A DNA stretch of 54,177 bases from Octopus bimaculoides (Eukaryota), in contig NC_068999.1 in NCBI RefSeq assembly GCF_001194135.2, positions 25,186,703-25,240,879 of the forward strand, given 5' to 3'. The position numbers and the translations under genes were made by a program. The notes beneath the pieces are model-generated. The model saw only the letters and a list, made by a program, of their open reading frames with translations. It was not told the origin of the DNA and made no database searches. Positions within the stretch are counted from its first letter, which is position 1. Each line of letters begins with the position of its first letter. Shown in pieces: positions 12,051 to 24,860 of the stretch.

Positions 12051-12239
12051 CTTTGAGCCCAGATGGAAGCCATATTGTTTTGCCAAATCAGTTACGTTTT
12101 GTTTTGTTGAAATCAGTTCGAGAGCAAAGCTGTTGCTGTAGATAAATGAAGCCGGGTCACCATCTTGCGAAAATGAAAGATGAAGGTTGATGCTTATCAA
12201 TAGACATGTTAACAAACTCAGAAACCAGTCAGCAGCCAT
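12051..12239 (-). CDS. Proprotein convertase coding exon 1: signal peptide and start of S8 prodomain
   Basis: MAADWFLSLLTCLLISINLHLSFS is a hydrophobic leader; YSNSFALEL...DLAKQYGFHLGSK matches the furin/PC Y.N.WAV.....A...GF..LG motif. Donor AAG|gtcaat. An upstream acceptor ttttttctcgatag| at 12259 leaves 19 nt of 5' UTR and implies a further non-coding exon at higher coordinates. Confidence 0.88.
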
Positions 12240-12488
12240 TTTATCACTTATGCTGGACCTATCGAGAAAAAAATAACATATATACAGAAACAGTCACGAA
12301 AATTTGGGCTTCCCCACTCCCCCACAAAAAAACAATCATATCTAAAAATGATATACTCTTTTTGTTTTTGTTTATTAAATAAAAAAAAGGTTTCTGAAGA
12401 CTGTAAATTATGTAGATATTCATATGGAGGCAGTCTGACAGCAAAAACATATTAATTATTTAGACATTCCAATATTTTCTGGGTTTTG

Positions 12489-12705
12489 AAGGCGGCTAGC
12501 TGGCAGAATTGTTAGCATGCCACGCAAAATACTTAACAGCACTTCGTCCGTTTTCGCATTCTGAGATCAAATTCCATCGAGGTCGATTTGTTTTTATCCT
12601 TTTGGAGTCGATAAAATAAATATCAGCCGAGCACTGGAGCCGATGTAATCAAATTACCCCTCCCCGAAATTGCTGGCCTTGTGCGAAAACTTGAAATCAA
12701 TATTT
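12489..12705 (+). mobile_element. tRNA-derived SINE (family A)
   Basis: Head AAGGCGGCTAGCTGGCAGAATTGTTAGCA plus the conserved core. Confidence 0.8.
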
Positions 12706-13308
12706 TGTGAGTCTTGTGAATGAGTAAGAAACTGGGACAGAGACAGACAAAAGAACCTTGATAATTTCGGTTTACTGGAATCCACAGATCAATAATTAAA
12801 AAATTATTGTAATAAAGAGATAATTTAAATGTTGCTAGTTTTGAAGATTGTTTTTTAAATATCTTTGTAAAGATATTTAAAACGATACACCTTTAAAATG
12901 TCCCTCACACTAACATGCGTGCGTTTGTGAGTGTGTGTGGGAGGATGAGCGCGTGTGTATGCGTTTGTGTGTGTGTATGCGTTTGTGCGTGTGTATGCGT
13001 TTCACAGCATCCTTCTTTCCCTAGAAAGTCGAATATTTGGTTAAACTTAAGTTTGGATGTTTCCTAATGTGTTCCCTTTTTAAACCTTATTCCTCAAACA
13101 GCATTTCATGCTCGTCTTTTCTACCCCATTACAGAATTGCAGTTATTATATTCCTTTCGAAATATTCCTTATATTCCTTTCGAGGACAGCTTTATGTCTA
13201 GGGGAAATTTACACTGCATTCTTTTTTATCACCAATTCCGATAACAAACCGTCAGTGGTTTGAGGAATTTTTGAAACGGTCCGTTAATGATCATGCAGCT
13301 ATTCGTCC

Positions 13309-14990
13309 TTGCTCACAGTATATACACAAAGATGCCACTATCAGTCGCTGATCTTGCGACGAGCTAAAGTTACTGGTTTTAAATCTCTGAAAGAGATTCA
13401 CATAGTAACAGTACTAAACAGTAAAGGTTGTTACCACTTTTACGTAACTGTTCCATGCAGAACAAGTGTTACTATATTCTAACTCCAGGAAAACATCTTT
13501 CCCTGCTGGCTATCGACGAACGAATAGTTGTCATCTATAAATGTCCAGTACTGAGGATAAGAAGGAACCCTGGAACCGGTCAACTGTTTCTGCTTGGCTG
13601 GAGTGGTTCGCTCCCTTGCTCACAATAAAACAGACACAGGTCGATAGCCAGCGGGACAAAATGTCTTTCTGGGGTTAAAATATAGTAACACTTGTTCTGC
13701 AAGTGATAGCCTTTACCGTTTAGTACTGTTACTATGTGTATTTCTTTCAGAGATTTAAAACCAGCTACTTCAGCTTGTTGCAAGATCACCGACTGATAGC
13801 CGCTTCTTTGTTTATATTGGGTCATTCCATAAATAATGCGGTTTTTCTCCATCCTTTTTTTATATTTTTCAAAATTAAGATAAACAAAGTTCTTTTTTAA
13901 TCTAAAATATACTCTCCTTCATTTTGTACAATGCTCTTCCATCTATCTGGTAGACTTACAAAGCCCCGCTTCCAAAATTCCCTTATCTGTGACGAAAAGT
14001 ACTCCTCCAGTACTGTTCTCACCTCGTTTCCAGAATTCATATTTTTTCCATCCAAATGATTTTGAAGGATGCGGAATAAATGATAATTAGATGGGCAATG
14101 TCCGGCGAATATGGTGAGCGGAGCATCATTTCCCATTCAAACTGCTCCAGCCTTTGGAATGTCATCCTCGTTGTATGTGACCGAGCATTATCCTGATGGA
14201 AGAACACCTTTCGTCTTGAAACCAAAGACGGTCGTTTTTCTTCTAACGCTGACAAATTGCTCAAGCTGCTCGCAGTAGATCTCCTTAGATATCGTTTGGT
14301 TTGGGTTTAAAAGTTCAAAGTGGACTAAACTTTTCGTATCCCACCAAACAGATAACACTATATGTGGATGAAGACCTTCTTTAGCCTGGTGTGCCGACGT
14401 TTTTCCTTTCCCTACCCACTGTCTTCGGCTCTTGACATTTTAATAGAGAACCCATTTCTCGTCGCCGGTCACTATTCGGTCGAAAAAATGTTCATTCGTG
14501 AGACGAGATAGCAAAGAAGATCACACGTTCACTGCTACTTCCTTAACAGTTATGATGGGATTTTGCTCCACCAGGTTTTGCAGGGCCTCCTCGTCGTGCT
14601 CTACAGATCTTCCAGGATGAGACTCGTCTTCTAGGCTTTAGTTTCCGGCTCGGAACTTCTGAAACCACCGTTGACATTGGCTTACGCTTACTGTCCGATC
14701 CCCATATACTGCATTAATATTCCTCGCACTTTCCGTAGCGTTGTTGCCTTTATTGAACTCATAAAGCAAAATATGCTCCTTTGTCACTTCCATTATAGCT
14801 TTGAAGGAATAACTGTTAAAATCTAGCTGCACTCTTCAAAACTTGCACTAAGAATAAGCACAAAGTAAACTTACTACCTGCTTTTATAGCAAGTTGATGC
14901 AGGGAGATTATCCTGCCCACTCCAACTTTTAGCTCATGCTATTGAAAAAAACCACATTATTTATGGGATGACCCAATATATTGTGAGCAA
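13309..14990. repeat. Foldback / long inverted repeat interrupted by a mariner
   Basis: Left arm 13309-13517 matches the reverse complement of 13640-13816 plus 14979-14990; 122-nt spacer. The ORF track shows the same peptide (QNKCYYILTP...LAID) on both strands. An extra partial arm lies at about 14990-15030. Confidence 0.85.
13817..14976 (-). mobile_element. Mariner (DD34D-type) transposon, decayed
   Basis: About 30-bp TIRs TTGGGTCAT(T/C)CCATAAATAATG(C/T)GGTTTTT with flanking TA. Fragments EFNKGNNATESARNI...WFQKF, HQDNARSH and PYSPDIA are in broken frames. Confidence 0.9.
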
Positions 14991-15385
14991 AATATAGTAA
15001 CAATTGTTCTGCATGGAACAGCCACGTAAAAGGGATAACAGCCCTTATATGTTCATTGTTTCTCATTCAGAAACAAGGCCAGTAATTTTAAGGGTAGCAT
15101 GTTAGTCGATGAGATTGCCTTCAGTACTTGGCTAATATTTCATTTTATCGAAGCCGAAAAGATAAAAGGCAATATTGACCTCGGCACAATATACTTATCA
15201 TAACTCTTTACTTTCTACACAAAGGCATTTTTTATGCTTACGCATCACCTGATCGCTCTAGCCTATGAACTTATCATGCAACTAGCTTTGTTTATAATAA
15301 AATACATTACAACCAAGACAGCATTACTCGGAGCCTTCACCCTCCTAAGTACACTTTCAAAGGTCAGATAAAACCACGTCCTAAA

Positions 15386-15602
15386 TATCGGTTTCAAATT
15401 TTGGCACAAGGCAAGCAATTTAAGCGGGGAGCTAAGTCGATTACATTGACCCCAGTGCTCAACTGATACTTATTTCATCGACCCCGAAAGGACGAAAGGT
15501 AAAGTCGACTCCGGCGATATTTGAACCCTGAACATAAAGACGGGCGAAATGCCGCCAGGCTTTGTGCCCGGCGTGCTAACGATTCTGCTAGCTTACCACC
15601 TT
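15386..15602 (-). mobile_element. tRNA-derived SINE (family A)
   Basis: Reverse-complement copy of the same family as 12489-12705. Confidence 0.8.
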
Positions 15603-15909
15603 TCACATCCTAGATATTACCTGCCCTCATATTCATCATCTCTCCACGGATTCAAACCATGTTACTAAAATCAACCATGTCACTACCAGCTTGATGAGGG
15701 CACATTTATGGGTCACTTGACTTGCTAGGAAAAAAACAGTTAAATCTCCCTCAATCTATACCTTATCGTCTTGGAAAAAAAAGAGAAGATTGAACAGAAT
15801 AAGCTTAGATATAGAAAACAAGATGGCCATGGATGAAATGGCACAGATGGCTTCGACGAAGCAAAAACCACCCTGACCATGTTAAATACAATCGACAAGA
15901 ACAATGTGA

Positions 15910-15912
15910 AAA

Positions 15913-15952
<40 letters not shown>

Positions 15953-15981
15953 AAACAAAGAAAGAAAGAAAGAAAGAAAGA
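15910..15981. repeat. (GAAA)n microsatellite
   Basis: Directly visible. Confidence 0.9.
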
Positions 15982-18033
15982 AATGGAAGTGTGCGATAGA
16001 AAATGAAATGAGATGGTATGGAAGGACAGAATGGACTTTGGTCTCCTGTAAAAGTACGAATGGATGAATGAGAAATAGAAACCAAATACAAAGAGAAGGA
16101 AGCGGTGGAAAGAGGGGATAGAGTGCAATGATTAGCAGTAGATGTAGGGGTAACGAATAGAGAGAGGGAGGGAGGGAGAGAGACAAAGAGAGACAGAAAC
16201 AGAGAACGAGACAGAGAGAGAATATATTAGGAGGCGTGTGCAACATATAGTTAAATGAGAAGTAATCTAGCATCATCAAGCGTCTGAAATTAGTTGGTTC
16301 AAAGAGTCGGAAGTTGATACTTGACTGCCGTGGGAACCGGATATGAAGTAAATATATTCTATAACTAATGTTGAAATATTTACCAAAAAATAATTAGAAA
16401 TTAAAATAAGCACTCAGAATTTTTCCCGCTTCCTTTTATTTTGCAAGTTTCCAAGAGGAACAAGAAATTATATAAGAATGTATAATTTAATTCCCACCTC
16501 AATCGATAACTTACTCCTAAAGCTATGATTCCCTACAGCTTGTTTGCACATGTTTATTTCCTAAATAAGCAGTACATTTCAGTGTGCATGTTCTTTGGCC
16601 ATTAACAAGTGCTACAGTTTTTAAAGATTAATTAAATATTGAGAGAGAGTTGGTTTAACTGACAAATCCTTCACTTCATACATAGATAACTGTGCCCATG
16701 TGCAATTGATGTGTGTAGGAAATTTGTGTTTGTGTAGACCTGCAGAATACGAATGGATCGGCAGAATCGGTGGAGTACTGGACAAAATGCTTTGCATTAT
16801 GTGGTTCTGTCACTCTTCACACTTTACAATAGTTCCTTCACCTCTCCATCTCAAAGAAAAAAAATGTGACCTTGGTCTTGTGCCTATGCAGAAAATCAAT
16901 ATTTCAGGTGTTTAAATACATTTGTTCCTGGATTTAAAGAATTTTTCAGAATTTATCAGAATGATTTTATCCTACGATCAGGACGGTGCCCATCACTGAG
17001 CAGTATTCAACACAGTCTATTTTCATATTGAACGTCATATATCAACGTGACTGACCACTTCAACTGTTCTACCCCGATCTAATACATCATGCAAATTCTG
17101 CAATGCTTTATACATAGGCAACGCTTTTTCCGTAAATTCCTTGATATTTGTAGCAACGTCTATGGAGTCCTCAAACCCTTCACAAGTCGTTTTAATTCAC
17201 CAAGCCACACAATTGACCACGCATCGATCTGGAATGTTCTCTTACACCATGGTCGACTCACTCTTGCAGACGCAAGGAAAATCATGTCTTTACCCTGGGA
17301 ACATCTACTCCGCAAAAGTACGCCTCAACTTCCACTATGCCTCACTTCAAGTGTCTTCTTCCTCTTTTCATTCCATTAAGAATATTCTGTAACTATATCT
17401 TGTATATGTTTACGGTTGGGTATATGTATAAGTGTGTGTAGGAGGACACACTTGGGTTTGCGTATATATTTGTATATATGTATATGTGCGTGTGTAAATG
17501 AGGACATATATGTATGTGTTTGCGTAAATACTATGCAAATGTATGAGTGGAATTATTTTTCTTCTGGTATGGCTGTATGGATATATGTGTATGACAGTAG
17601 AAAAACTCTTTTACTTTTGCTGAATGAATGTTTTGTTCATCTATAATTAAGAGTATTCTAAAACTGCTTATGTATGCATAAATAGTTCTCGTTTGTGTGG
17701 CTGCTATGCAACATATACACTTAATAATTCATAACGTATGCCAGCTGGGTCTATCATTAATAGACTGAATACGTAGCACGATTCTCGACTAACCTGATGT
17801 TCCATTCGTTTTGATAATATTCGAATAGTTGTCTTTATGTTTAGATCACTTTTACTGAATTAACGGTAAAATCTAAGATGAGAATTTGAAATTGCCATAA
17901 GCAATGAGTGCATTGAAGTTCCTACTTTGAAGGAAATTAGAGTTTTGTACTTCTTTGAAATTAATAAATGTTTCTCCTGAAAAAAGTCTGAAGACATCTA
18001 GAATGCAGATAAATGTTACAGAATCGAAAGAGA

Positions 18034-18073
<40 letters not shown>

Positions 18074-19884
18074 NNNNNNNNNNNNNNNNNNNNNNNNNNN
18101 NNNNNNNNNNNNNNNNNNNNNNNNNNNNNNNNNNNNNNNNNNNNNNNNNNNNNNNNNNNNNNNNNNNNNNNNNNNNNNNNNNNNNNNNNNNNNNNACACA
18201 TACACACACAAATAACATCTGACGGTAATCAACAGAATTAGCTGTAGTTGCACTATCCTTTTCTTTTTTTTTTTTTTGCATACATAGGTCATGTGAAAAA
18301 TTTCAGTGTAAAGGAAGGAAAAACACTTTTTCTAAATAGCGTAGGTAGGCAAATACCAAGTTACCAAAAAAAAAAAAAAAACAAGTACGATCAGTAATGG
18401 CTAACGATTTGATGGTATAGTATAATTTATAGTGAAAAAATATCAGCTGCTATAAGGCAAAGAATTTTATCGAATATCTCAAAGTTCTAGGAGGAAGTGT
18501 TGATAAAGAAAACCCTCCCACGGTAAGGCCTCTGGAATGTAGTTAAATTTATCAACGTCAGAATGTTAAGTTGCATAAACGGGGTTGGGGAAGAAAAACT
18601 AACGATATTGATGTCAGTAAAATTAATTGGAGTGGGGCAGTGTTAGATTCCTAGCAAGTATATCTCAAGAAATAGTATATTCTTACATTCAATCTCTGCT
18701 AAATGGTACTGTCAGTTACAATATATCTCGTTATATCTTAACATCACAATATTTTTTTTCAGTAGTATTATTTATCTTCAGGTGATGCAACTAAGAATGT
18801 ATATGGAATATATAAACTGGTTCATATAAGCTAGATATCATTTATCAGGTTGTTCAGGGTACATATGCTAGACATCATTTTCCCAGATTCAGCTGGCATT
18901 CTTTCTTGTTCTCGGTCAAGGCACTAGTTTCACTTTTTAACTGACAGCGGTTGAGAGTCGGATTTCATGTTTCAAGTATCGGGTATTTTAGGTCTAGTTT
19001 GTTAGCTTTTCGCAAGTTTTTTTTTTCTTTTTTCCTCAGTAAGAAACTCTTTGATGCTAATCACAAATTTCGCTTCCAAATTAATTTCTACAAAATATTT
19101 TTTATTTGGGGTATCAGGGGAAAAGAATTTTCTACCACTACAAAAATTTTTGCTTTTGTTGTTCACATAAAAATATAAATTATTAATTGCCTTCGATTTG
19201 AGTAAAGTAATACTGTATTGGAGTACCATCAAACAAATTCATTTTAGGACACAAATATGCTGTTATATAGTTTGTTATATAATATGTAGCTATGTAGTTT
19301 TCATTTTTTTAAATTGGTACCGTAATCATTTAATTGATACCGTGATCTGAGTTTATAACTTGTCTTCAATTTCTACTTGGAGCTTCTTTTAGGCTATTCA
19401 TCTTAGAAAAATGGTAAAAGTCCACATTCTCAATTCCACTTACGACTTACAGAGTTCATTCTTCTGCTAATGCATGTTATATATAATAGTAGTCATACAA
19501 CTAAGGGTGTATGGTTTCCAAATTTTCCCTTTCATTTCTTCTCGGTTAAAATATGATATTTTAAGTGAATTTCATACATATATAAAATCAAGAGTAAGTT
19601 TATGGCGTATTTTTTTCCTTTTTTATTGTCCGTGGGAAAGAAGCATAATCAGCAGAGAATAAGAGAACAATCGCTCGCGAGTTCAAATGTGAAAGAATGG
19701 AATATTTTTTCTGGGCTATCAAGCCAATTAATATAAGATGAGAGAATCAAAACTGTTGTGGCACCAGAATTGAGAACCTTTGCTGTGGATTGTCATGCAG
19801 CAATAACACTTGCTTTAACATGAGAATTGCTGGTTTCCGTTTGTTGGCCAGCATTTTACTGTAGTCTACAGTGGTGATTGGAGA

Positions 19885-20700
19885 TTCCTTTTCCAGATAA
19901 TGTTCCAAAGTGGGCCCTTTTGCTTCCCCGGAAAGGTATCAATTTTTCTGCGGACGGTTGAGTCTCGAATTTTTGGGGTTTTTTTTACATTTTTTTATCT
20001 TTTTCACCAGCATTTCAGGTTGTTTATAATCCATGCTCTACCTTTCAGATTCTGGATCAAAATGGACTCAGGTTTCATATCCTCTCGCTATTCTCTCTCA
20101 AAAAAACTTTGCCTTCATCGTGTAAACGTTAACAGATTTCCACACGATTACGATTATGCGCTTCGGTAAGCTCTCTTGGCACCCATCTTGCACAGACTTT
20201 ACAGAAGCGAAGCTTGTCGTGGATGATTTCGTACGTAGAACCATGACTAACTTGAAGAGAACATGCCACCTCATCAATGGTCACTCGTCGGTCCGCCAGA
20301 ACCATCTTTCGAGTCTATTGAATCTTCATGTGAGTGGTGGTGGTTGATTGTCGTCCTTCTCCCTCTTCATGCTTCACGCTTTCCAGTTGTTTTTAAACAT
20401 CTTGATCCCCTCATCCACACCTCTGCGTGGCAGAGCGCAGTCCCTGTATTGTACTAAAAGTGTGCGATGAATTTCAACCCATGACACATTTTCAGATCGG
20501 AGAAATCAGATCTCTTATTTCTGTTCTTCCTTGGTGTACACTGCCAACAGAGCGGCCATGTTTACTTTCACACAAGAGAGAAAACTGCAGCGATCAAGGT
20601 CAAACTTCGGTCATGTAAACAGAAGATTACCACCTTTTAGCACGCGAGCGCTGAAGTCGGTGCGGCCAACCTAAAAAGATTTTGGCGAAGATACAAATAA
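19885..20700 (-). mobile_element. Mariner transposase 5' half, truncated and decayed
   Basis: Minus strand gives MAALLAVYTKEEQ..., DRRVTIDEVA...LQVSHGSTYEIIHDKLRFCKVCARWVPREL and a HFDPESK-like motif; 3' half and paired TIR not found. Confidence 0.8.
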
Positions 20701-21112
20701 TTTTTAACTTCCCTTTGTGTTTACTGTTATGTATTTAGAATGTTACTAAGATATGTTTACTAGAAACGCAGCGATCCGTTTACCTTGCGGTCTGTAGAGG
20801 AGTTTCTGCGCAATCGCTCAACCTACTATAATTAAGAGCTATATCACCGCCAAATGGCACTCTACAATCTAAAATTTCAAGAACATATTGAATTAAGGTT
20901 TTCCCGAATATATGCCTACGAAAATAGATTGAATTACTGAAGCTCAAATACCAGTCGAACATGTCAACTCGGTTCATAGAAACGAGTGGACCAACACGTA
21001 GAGACGCTATTATAGGGAAACTACTCAAAAACTTCTAAAAAGGTAAGCATTTCAGAAAGACCAACACAAATACATCAAATGATGATATTTACCAAACCTC
21101 TATTTACAAGAT

Positions 21113-21280
21113 AGGCGCAGGCGTGGCTGCGTAATAAGGTGTTTGCTTTCCAACGACATGGCTCTGGGTTCAGTGTCACTGCGTAGCACCTTGGGTAAGT
21201 GTCTTCTACTAAAGTCACAGGCCGATAAAAACCCTTGTGAATGGGTATGGTAGACTGAAACTGAAAGAAACCCGTCATGT
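21113..21280 (+). mobile_element. tRNA-derived SINE (family B), 5' half
   Basis: Head AGGCGCAGGCGTGGCTG...GGGTTCAGTGTCACTGCG; ends at the internal (TA)n tract. Confidence 0.8.
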
Positions 21281-21299
21281 ATATATATATATATATATA

Positions 21300-21480
21300 T
21301 TAGTTGAAATTTATTGAAAAACAAGAAGACAGGTGTATAAACAACAAGCAGGTGTATCAGTTTGACGCTCAGGGAAGTGAGAAAGTCTTTTACGTTTCGA
21401 GCCTACGCTCTTCAACAGAAAGGAATAAAAGAAAATAAACAGAGAGAGAATTTTTAAAGACTTGTAGATTTAGCGGTCAG
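21300..21480 (-). mobile_element. Penelope-like element terminal fragment
   Basis: Carries a hammerhead-like motif followed by CCCTGAGCGTC, shared with 43090-43330. Minimal hammerheads are an established feature of Penelope-like termini. Confidence 0.65.
21387..21422 (-). ncRNA. Minimal type I hammerhead ribozyme motif (variant core)
   Basis: CUUU-CUGUUGA-A-GAGC(GUAG)GCUC-GAA-AC-GU-A-AAAG: 4-bp stem I, 4-bp stem II, palindromic ACGU stem III, GUA cleavage triplet; core A6 replaced by U. Confidence 0.65.
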
Positions 21481-21492
21481 ATAGACAGAAAC

Positions 21493-21530
<38 letters not shown>

Positions 21531-23299
21531 GTATAATTATAATTGTGCGCGCGCGCGTGTATGCAAAGATTGGTAGAGTAAAATCCCAGTTGTTTCCTCT
21601 TGAAGCATATCTTCTTATTCCATTATCACAATCTAATATACTTTATTCTGTTGCTGTATACGTACGAAGTACATATTGAAGTTGAAAATTCTGGAAATAT
21701 TTGCAGATTTATTGAATAACAAAACAGGAATTTCTCTGCCTGAAGAATTTCTAATAGGAAATTCCTTACATGTCTATCCAACATGTATAACTCCATAATT
21801 CCTATTACAGAGTTATGCATATATTAATAAAAGGGCTATTAATATTTTTTTGGCGAGTAGTAATATGCATCACAAAAGACAAAATTGAAATAAAGGAAAT
21901 AATGCAAACGGCACTATTCAATCCACGCAATTGAGTGTGGTTTGAGATTAACCAATTATATACGCATATTGATATAACACACGATCTCAAGAGTAACAGA
22001 ATACAGTAGCACATTAGAAGTGCAATCAATCAAGATAAACATAGACAATATGCGCGTGTGTGAGCATGTATGCAACATATATATGTTTATGTGTATGTAT
22101 AGATATCATCACTATCACCACCATCGACATCACTAACCGCCTTACCAGGTTACGCACCCGACTGCAGCACTTAAGTTTTCCAAACATTATTATACAAAGA
22201 CTTTAATATACACATTTGATTCTGATGAAAAATAATATCGATATTAGAGGAGACTCGGTAGCCTCACAGCTGAACTCATTTTATATTCTAAGCATATCAT
22301 ATGCACACTTACCAAGATATCTACAATACCTCTTTCTAAGACATCATCTGATCTATACAAACCACATGGTAAACAATCTATCAATTTTTCTCTGATTACA
22401 AACCAATCATCATCACGTCGCAAGTTTGTAAAAACACGTTCACAAATTTCAAAACTGTTCAGTGTAACCAGTTTCACCAAGAAATAGAATAAACACTTCC
22501 TGAATTCAACAATGCTGTCATCACCAATACATCGCAGTACATACATTCATTCAAATAATTGCCGCATTCAAAAGCCTATGACACAGGCCACAAAAAATGT
22601 ACAGTCCCAACAAGTTATACAACCGAAATGGTTAATTTGACGAAAACTATGGGCAACAAAGAAAATAAAGAATAGAAAGACCGAAAGCTGGTACACATCT
22701 GTTTCTAAATAAACAGCAAGACAAACAGTAAGACACTATTTAGAGTAATTAGTATTATGATAAACAACAATGGCATTTACATCATATCCTATGACATAAC
22801 TTCGAATAATGCGTCAATACTCAACACCAAGTAAACAGTCTCAACAAGCAATTCTCAAAAGTTATCACTACTACCAGGTATTGTCCTCTATCATCCAGTT
22901 GAATGTTAAAAATCGCCATATCAGTCATTCTTGTTCTGTCCTTATATATTTACTGTATTCTAAAACTAACTTTTGAATCTTATTTATTCATATAACTTTT
23001 GGTTTTTCTTTTCCTCCCATTCATTTTGCCGTCTGTACACGTCTCTATAAAATATACTTTTACTGAGTGTGCAAAGCATTTAATCATCTATCTTAGATAA
23101 CATGTATTACATTTATTTTACTATTCCTGCAACTTCATCATTGGTTGTGTCTTCTATCCAGGACATTCTGTAATGTTTTCTGTATGGCTACGCGTTAAAG
23201 GTGTCTGATCTCTTTTATAATACTTTTAGTAACTTCTACACATCAGTTCCATATAACAGAGTGGATAACAAAGAAAATAATAAAATGACAAGAACAAAA

Positions 23300-24860
23300 A
23301 TATGCATAAGCCATCACGACCTTCACACCACAAGCCATCACAAGTTATCAAAAGCCATCATTATCTTTTGATTCCTTTCCACTAAAGGAATTGGGAAATC
23401 TAAAGTTTCAAAAGTCTCATGTGCTGACAAAATCACAAACATAAACATTAAGCACCAAGTAACTGGAGGAAACATTGCACTCACAAATATCTACAATCAC
23501 TCGTATAAGCATTGCCAAATCCCTTTAATCTCAAAACGGCAAAAATCATCATTCTAAAACCTAACAACAATCCAACTGAAGAAGCATCTTATAAACACTC
23601 TTAATATTCTTCGGAAGTTACACCTTTGACATCCCTAAACGAAATATTATCTTCTCCAAAACACAATTTGGTTTCAGGCTGCTGCACTCCTCAACCACAG
23701 CAATACAAATTGAATCCAAGAAAAATAAATAAAGGAATAAATAAATAAATATAAATAAATAAATAAATGAATAAATAAATAAATAAATATCTACACATTT
23801 TAACCCATTTGACATCAGTAAACCAACCAATTCTATTCCCTTTCATCCACTAATACACAAACTTCGCAACATCCTCTTACGAAATAAAACAAAATTCTTC
23901 TTAACAAACTACCGCCAGGTCACTATTGTACAAATCGTCGCACTAGAATTCATAAATTCTCAAATGAAGTTGCCACAAAGATAGGTTCTGTTTCCAAATC
24001 TTTTAAGCCAATGCTTGTATGGTTTTCCTATTCAATCTTTAAAACATATACAGAGTCCAATACAGATGATACTACATTCAGATCTTTCACTGTTCTTAAA
24101 GTTTTCATTAATCCCAACAATAGGCTTAAAGTAGCACCAACCAAATCCATTGTATTCCTCCTTACCAACAACACCTGATAACTTGAAATACAATCAATAT
24201 TAACACTCAGTAAGGCGGTGAGCTGGCAGAATCGTTAGCACGCCGGGCAAAATGCTTAGCGGCACTTCGTCCATCTTTACGGCCTAAATTCAAAATTCCG
24301 CCGAGGTTGACTTTGCTTTTCATCCTTTGGGGTCGATAAAATAAGTACTAATGGAGTACTGGAGAGTCGTTGTAATCGAGTTACTCCCTCCCCGAAATTT
24401 CTGGTCTTGTGCCAAAACTTCAAACCAATATTAACACTGTGCATAAATATGCAGAGATTATGCCTGTTTTGTCTCTGTCTCTGTCTTTCCGCAGCTAATA
24501 ATCTAAAATATTAGGCAAACAGATAACACGCATCATCAAGTTATACATTTACAGCTCTCAAACACTAAATGCATAACGAAATAAATTGGTAAAACTGATG
24601 AACAACCTGAACATGAAAAGTATAGTCTGTTACTGCAGTCTAATCCAGTCCCCACAGTTCTTGTCCCTGCATGAAAAGGCACCTTCAAAAACTCAAACAT
24701 ATATACAAACACCCCATAACATTTCTACAGACTCTATCTCCCCTTCTCAACCCAGACAAATACAAAAGAAAATATAAATACTCAGAAAAAGTTGAGGAGT
24801 CATTAGCTTCAAGAACTTTGCTGGAATACATACGATCAATGTTAAATACTCAGAAACAGT
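23300..24860 (+). mobile_element. Jockey/I-like LINE reverse transcriptase remnant
   Basis: Broken frames give ILKPNNNPTEEASYK (about 23550), QFGFR-like (about 23665), IDISK (about 23810) and YTDDT (about 24060). Interrupted by a (TAAA)n tract and a SINE. Confidence 0.65.
24208..24425 (+). mobile_element. tRNA-derived SINE (family A) with TSD
   Basis: 13-bp direct repeat CAATATTAACACT at 24195-24207 and 24426-24438. Confidence 0.88.

Noticed and set aside
16738-16830. Plus-strand candidate exon DLQNTNGSAESVEYWTKCFALC
   Set aside because: No convincing donor, an in-frame stop soon after and no partner exon nearby.
22222-22250. CTGATGA plus a palindrome as a third hammerhead
   Set aside because: No GAAA after the stem and no stem I or III pairing.
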